A stretch of 40,781 nucleotides of DNA, taken from contig MTMD02000012.1 of NCBI GenBank assembly GCA_002010065.2, forward strand, positions 1-40,781, in the 5' to 3' direction. A program made the position numbers and the translations under genes. The notes beneath the pieces were generated by a model. That model did not search any database. It had not been told where the DNA came from and worked only from the letters and a program-made list of their open reading frames with translations. This document shows positions 37,628 to 40,781 of this stretch, piece after piece. Every line of letters begins with the position of its first letter. Position 1 is the stretch's first letter. Source of the DNA: Candidatus Pyrohabitans jungbluthii (GTDB lineage Archaea; Hydrothermarchaeota; Hydrothermarchaeia; Hydrothermarchaeales; BMS3B).

Positions 37628-39331
37628 GTGAAAATGGAAGAGAGAGACACCATACCCTTGGTGAACCGCGCCACAGAGGTGCTGGATGAAATCTCCGCCA
37701 CGCTAAAGGTAGACTTGGATAGGCTCAGGCGAGATAAGCGCTACTTTGAGGAACTCTACCTCACCCTCAAGGGCAACCTGGAGGAGCTCAAACTCCTCAA
37801 GGACGAGATGGAGCAGCGCGGCTTTGACTCGCCATACTTTGCTCTGGGGCTGAGCAGGCACGGCTCGCCCTTTGGCAAGGGCAGCTACCGCCGCGAGGAC
37901 GTCGAAGATCAGCGCGATGTGGCAAGGCATAAGATGTTCTTCCGCACGAATGCGGCGTTTAAAAAGGGTACCTTTGAGCGTACCAAGAGCGCCATAGCAG
38001 CGCACAACATAGCAATAGGTCACCTGGAAGAGTTTATCTCCTTCGTGTGTGAGTGCGGCAAGGAAGCTAAGGGCAAGGAAGCTCTGAAGATAATTGAGGA
38101 GAAGGGCAGATACGTCTGCCCCAAGTGTGGCTCAGACGCAAAGCCGAAGCTTCGCGCGAATGAGCAGGGCATCTATCGCCTGGAGATTCTCCCTTACTTA
38201 ACCTACGGCGGCGAGTTCACCGTGGAAATCTCGAAGTTTACGCCCACAGAGAGGATGGCGTACCGCGAGCTTGTGGAGATCCTGCGGGAGAAGAAGAAGG
38301 GCAAGATAAAGTCGGCGACGGTTACATTTAAAGCGAAGGAGAACGGGAAGTGGGTTACCAAGCGGGAGCAGGTGGAGGTTAGCAAGGGCGAGAAGCTGGA
38401 CTACGAAGGTGTGCTGCGCAGCAAGTATGGCAGGATAATCATAGAGCATGTGCGCTACCACCACGAGCGCTCTATCCTGGTGAGCGGGCGGTACAACCGT
38501 CAGGCCCTCGCCATAGGCTATACCAAGATTTTAAAGTACAAGCGGGAGGAGATCCTGGAGTACCTGCTCTCCCGCAAGGTGGACATGGAGAAGCTGCGCA
38601 AATACGAGGAGATAAAGCGCCGCTTCGATGCCCAGCTTTACACCGCCGAGGCGTCGCAGACCTTTGCGCTGGATATGCGCATAATGGAAGAGCGCTACGA
38701 GCTGATGCAGGAGTTCGAGGAGGAGCTTAAGGCCGCTGGCTTAATGGATGAGAAGGGCAACCTTATCGAAGGCCTGGACGAGGCGATAAACTACCGCCAG
38801 AAGATACGCAAGGAGATGCTCATAAAGATACCAAAGGCGCTTTTCGCATGGGACATCTTCAAATTCCTTCTGATTAAACCCTACCGCGAGCGCCGCTATG
38901 CCAGCATATTCCCGGGTTTGCAGCCCATCCCGGATAAAGAGCAGCTTGAGGCGGCGCTTGAGATACTTCAGGAGGAGGACCTGCTTTACGCGATTCAGAA
39001 GTTCATAGACGCGACGGTAATACCTGTGAAGCGCGCCCACGAGATAGTGTTCAAGAAGTTTGAAATTGAGGAGATACTGCAGGACTACCTCAAGGTTACG
39101 TCGTCCCGCGCAGTTGGAGGCATAGCGCTCTACCTGCACAGCGATCTGGATTTGGAGATCGCCTCCAGGGTAGTCTCCTCTACAGTTGAGGAGCTCAAGG
39201 AGGTGCTCAAGGTTATAATCCGCTTAGGCAGGCGCGACGTTATACCTGAGGAGAAGCTGGAGAATCTCGAGGATATAAAGGAGATAAGAATCTCCGAAAA
39301 GGCTAAGCAGTTCTTGGAGCTGGTGAGGTGA
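37628..39331 (+). CDS. DUF530-like archaeal protein with Zn ribbon
   Basis: CECG...CPKCG, GIYRLEILPYL, WDIFKF; family recognised from memory. Confidence 0.7.
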   Translation: MKMEERDTIPLVNRATEVLDEISATLKVDLDRLRRDKRYFEELYLTLKGNLEELKLLKDEMEQRGFDSPYFALGLSRHGSPFGKGSYRREDVEDQRDVARHKMFFRTNAAFKKGTFERTKSAIAAHNIAIGHLEEFISFVCECGKEAKGKEALKIIEEKGRYVCPKCGSDAKPKLRANEQGIYRLEILPYLTYGGEFTVEISKFTPTERMAYRELVEILREKKKGKIKSATVTFKAKENGKWVTKREQVEVSKGEKLDYEGVLRSKYGRIIIEHVRYHHERSILVSGRYNRQALAIGYTKILKYKREEILEYLLSRKVDMEKLRKYEEIKRRFDAQLYTAEASQTFALDMRIMEERYELMQEFEEELKAAGLMDEKGNLIEGLDEAINYRQKIRKEMLIKIPKALFAWDIFKFLLIKPYRERRYASIFPGLQPIPDKEQLEAALEILQEEDLLYAIQKFIDATVIPVKRAHEIVFKKFEIEEILQDYLKVTSSRAVGGIALYLHSDLDLEIASRVVSSTVEELKEVLKVIIRLGRRDVIPEEKLENLEDIKEIRISEKAKQFLELVR

Positions 39332-39332
39332 T

Positions 39333-39767
39333 ATGGGAAAGGAGATAGTGGTGCTGCGCTCCTCCCAGAAGGATGTGCTCATTGAGGAGATAAACCAGAA
39401 GCTGGACGAAACTACGAAGAAGGTGCACCTGAGTATCCGTCCGACGATAAACATCCTGGCGTCGATACTCACGGCGGCTCCCAACACAGAGGTTATCACA
39501 TGTCCCCCTTCGCTTTACGAGCGCACTCCAAAGAAGATACGCACCGCGCTGGAGAAGATAGGTATAAAGTTTGAACCCCTGCTTCTAACTCCAGGGCGAC
39601 CGCGCTCCCATCCCAACTGGAAGATACAGAAGGTTTACGAGCTTGAAGCGAAGGGCTACTCCGCCAAGGAGATAAGCGATGAGCTGGACATCCCGCTCAC
39701 GACGGTTTACTACTACCTGAAGAAGGAGGAGAACGAGGGCAAAAAGAAGAGGGAAAGGAAGAAGTAG
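39333..39767 (+). CDS. DUF1699-like protein with C-terminal HTH
   Basis: VHLSIRPT...CPPSLY; GRPR...GYSAKEISDELDIPLTTVYYYLK. Confidence 0.7.
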   Translation: MGKEIVVLRSSQKDVLIEEINQKLDETTKKVHLSIRPTINILASILTAAPNTEVITCPPSLYERTPKKIRTALEKIGIKFEPLLLTPGRPRSHPNWKIQKVYELEAKGYSAKEISDELDIPLTTVYYYLKKEENEGKKKRERKK

Positions 39768-39823
39768 CTCTAAAGTTTTAACTCGTTAACCCTCGCTCCA
39801 CAGCTTGCATATTCTCTTGTCGT

Positions 39824-39896
39824 GCCGCCGTAGCTCAGTAGGTAGAGCGCCTGGCTGTTAACCAGGTGGTCGACAGTTCGAGTCTGTCCGGCGGCG
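39824..39896 (+). tRNA. tRNA-Asn(GTT)
   Basis: GCCGCCG acceptor, CCTGG-CTGTTAA-CCAGG anticodon arm, GTTCGAGT T-loop. Confidence 0.96.
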
Positions 39897-39994
39897 CTCA
39901 CCCTTCTTTTAACCCCGCTGAGTCCATCCTGAGTAGACCACTATTGTTGTCAACTTCCGGGAAATTTTAATATCAAGCACAGCCATCTTTATTT

Positions 39995-40489
39995 ATGTAC
40001 TATGAAGAGGTATTCAGAGCCCTAAATAATAAGGGAGTCAGGTATGTGGTTGTGGGGGGTATAGCTTTAAATCTCCATGGCGTGCCGAGGGCAACGGCTG
40101 ATCTTGACATCGCTGTGGCTCTGGAAAATGAAAATCTTGAAAAGATTGTTGAGGCAATGATGGAGCTTGGATTTAAGCCCCGTCTCCCCGTTACACCTCA
40201 GGAATTTTCCAATCCGCTTAACCTTGAGAAATGGAAAAAAGAGAAGAATATGAAGGTTTTCACCTTCTGGAATCCGCATAAGCCATATGAGGAAGTGGAT
40301 ATACTCATAAGCAATCCAATAAAATTTGAAGAGCTTGAGAAAACAAGGGAAGTGGTGAGGGCAAAAGGGATTGAGATTCCCATAATTTCAATAGATTATC
40401 TGATAAAACTGAAAGAATTTGCTGGCAGGAAACAGGACGAATCTGACATCGAAGCGTTGAAGAAGATAAAGAGGATGAAAGAAAAATGA
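39995..40489 (+). CDS. Nucleotidyltransferase (DUF6036/AbiEii-like)
   Basis: VVGGIALNLHGVPRATADLD...LIKLK..AGRKQDESD. Confidence 0.82.
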   Translation: MYYEEVFRALNNKGVRYVVVGGIALNLHGVPRATADLDIAVALENENLEKIVEAMMELGFKPRLPVTPQEFSNPLNLEKWKKEKNMKVFTFWNPHKPYEEVDILISNPIKFEELEKTREVVRAKGIEIPIISIDYLIKLKEFAGRKQDESDIEALKKIKRMKEK

Positions 40490-40659
40490 CGAAAAAGGGA
40501 TTCTCTTATAAGGTTTCAGAAGAAGACCTGAGAAAGTGGATAAAAATGTCTGCTGAGCATAAACTTGAATGGCTTGAAGAAATAAACCGCTTTTTATACT
40601 ATTTTGCCCCTGAAAAAAGCAGAAAAATAATGACAAAGTTTAGAAAGGGTGAGATATAG
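40486..40659 (+). CDS. 57-aa partner protein of the nucleotidyltransferase
   Basis: Not in the ORF track. MTKKGFSYKVSEEDLRKWIKMSAEHKLEWLEEINRF...; ATGA overlap with the NTase stop. Confidence 0.7.
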   Translation: MTKKGFSYKVSEEDLRKWIKMSAEHKLEWLEEINRFLYYFAPEKSRKIMTKFRKGEI

Positions 40660-40761
40660 TATTTATACAATGAATTTTCTGGTTGCAGGAGGTGATAGGA
40701 ACCCGCTGGTGGTTCCTATATGCAGTTATTCTTTACAACGAACCTCGGGGATTAAAGGGAT

Positions 40762-40781
40762 ATGCTTGTGGGCATACTCAG
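40762..40781 (+). CDS. Possible start of a metallophosphoesterase (partial)
   Basis: Only MLVGIL(S) is visible, resembling M.IG.ISD.H starts. Confidence 0.3.

Noticed and set aside
4354-39499. Numerous 60-235 aa ORFs antisense to or nested in called genes
   Set aside because: No motifs; typical shadow ORFs of GC-rich coding sequence.

Overview
This is an archaeal (euryarchaeote-type) chromosomal window. Support comes from three intron-less tRNAs without encoded CCA, GGTG/GGAGG ribosome-binding sites, TATA-like promoters, a three-part glutamate synthase, Trm14, an Hjc-like protein and DUF530. A thermophilic anaerobe such as Hydrothermarchaeota is an inference only. The GC-richer backbone carries surE, two methyltransferases, a CLC-CBS channel, mutS, trxB, panE, DUF711/ACT, MFS and ABC transporters, BtpA, a ferredoxin, a pentaheme cytochrome c, ArsA, a cobyrinate-type diamide synthase, a two-subunit fumarase-type hydro-lyase, a PfkB kinase and gltB1-2-3. 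Several AT-rich accessory patches interrupt it. (i) A surface-polysaccharide locus (wzz, manC, nucleotide-sugar dehydrogenase) is broken up by toxin-antitoxin cassettes and two relics of the gmd 5' end. (ii) A duplicated tRNA-Leu 3' end is followed by a histidine kinase whose response regulator is truncated. (iii) A Panacea-domain antitoxin is paired with an uncharacterised Zn/PD-(D/E)XK-like protein. (iv) A nucleotidyltransferase pair follows tRNA-Asn. The most notable finds are an LpxC-fold Zn-deacetylase homolog that lacks the acyl-binding insert, in a lineage with no lipid A, and the Panacea-linked candidate toxin/defence pair. All family calls come from recognising motifs by eye; no database search was run.
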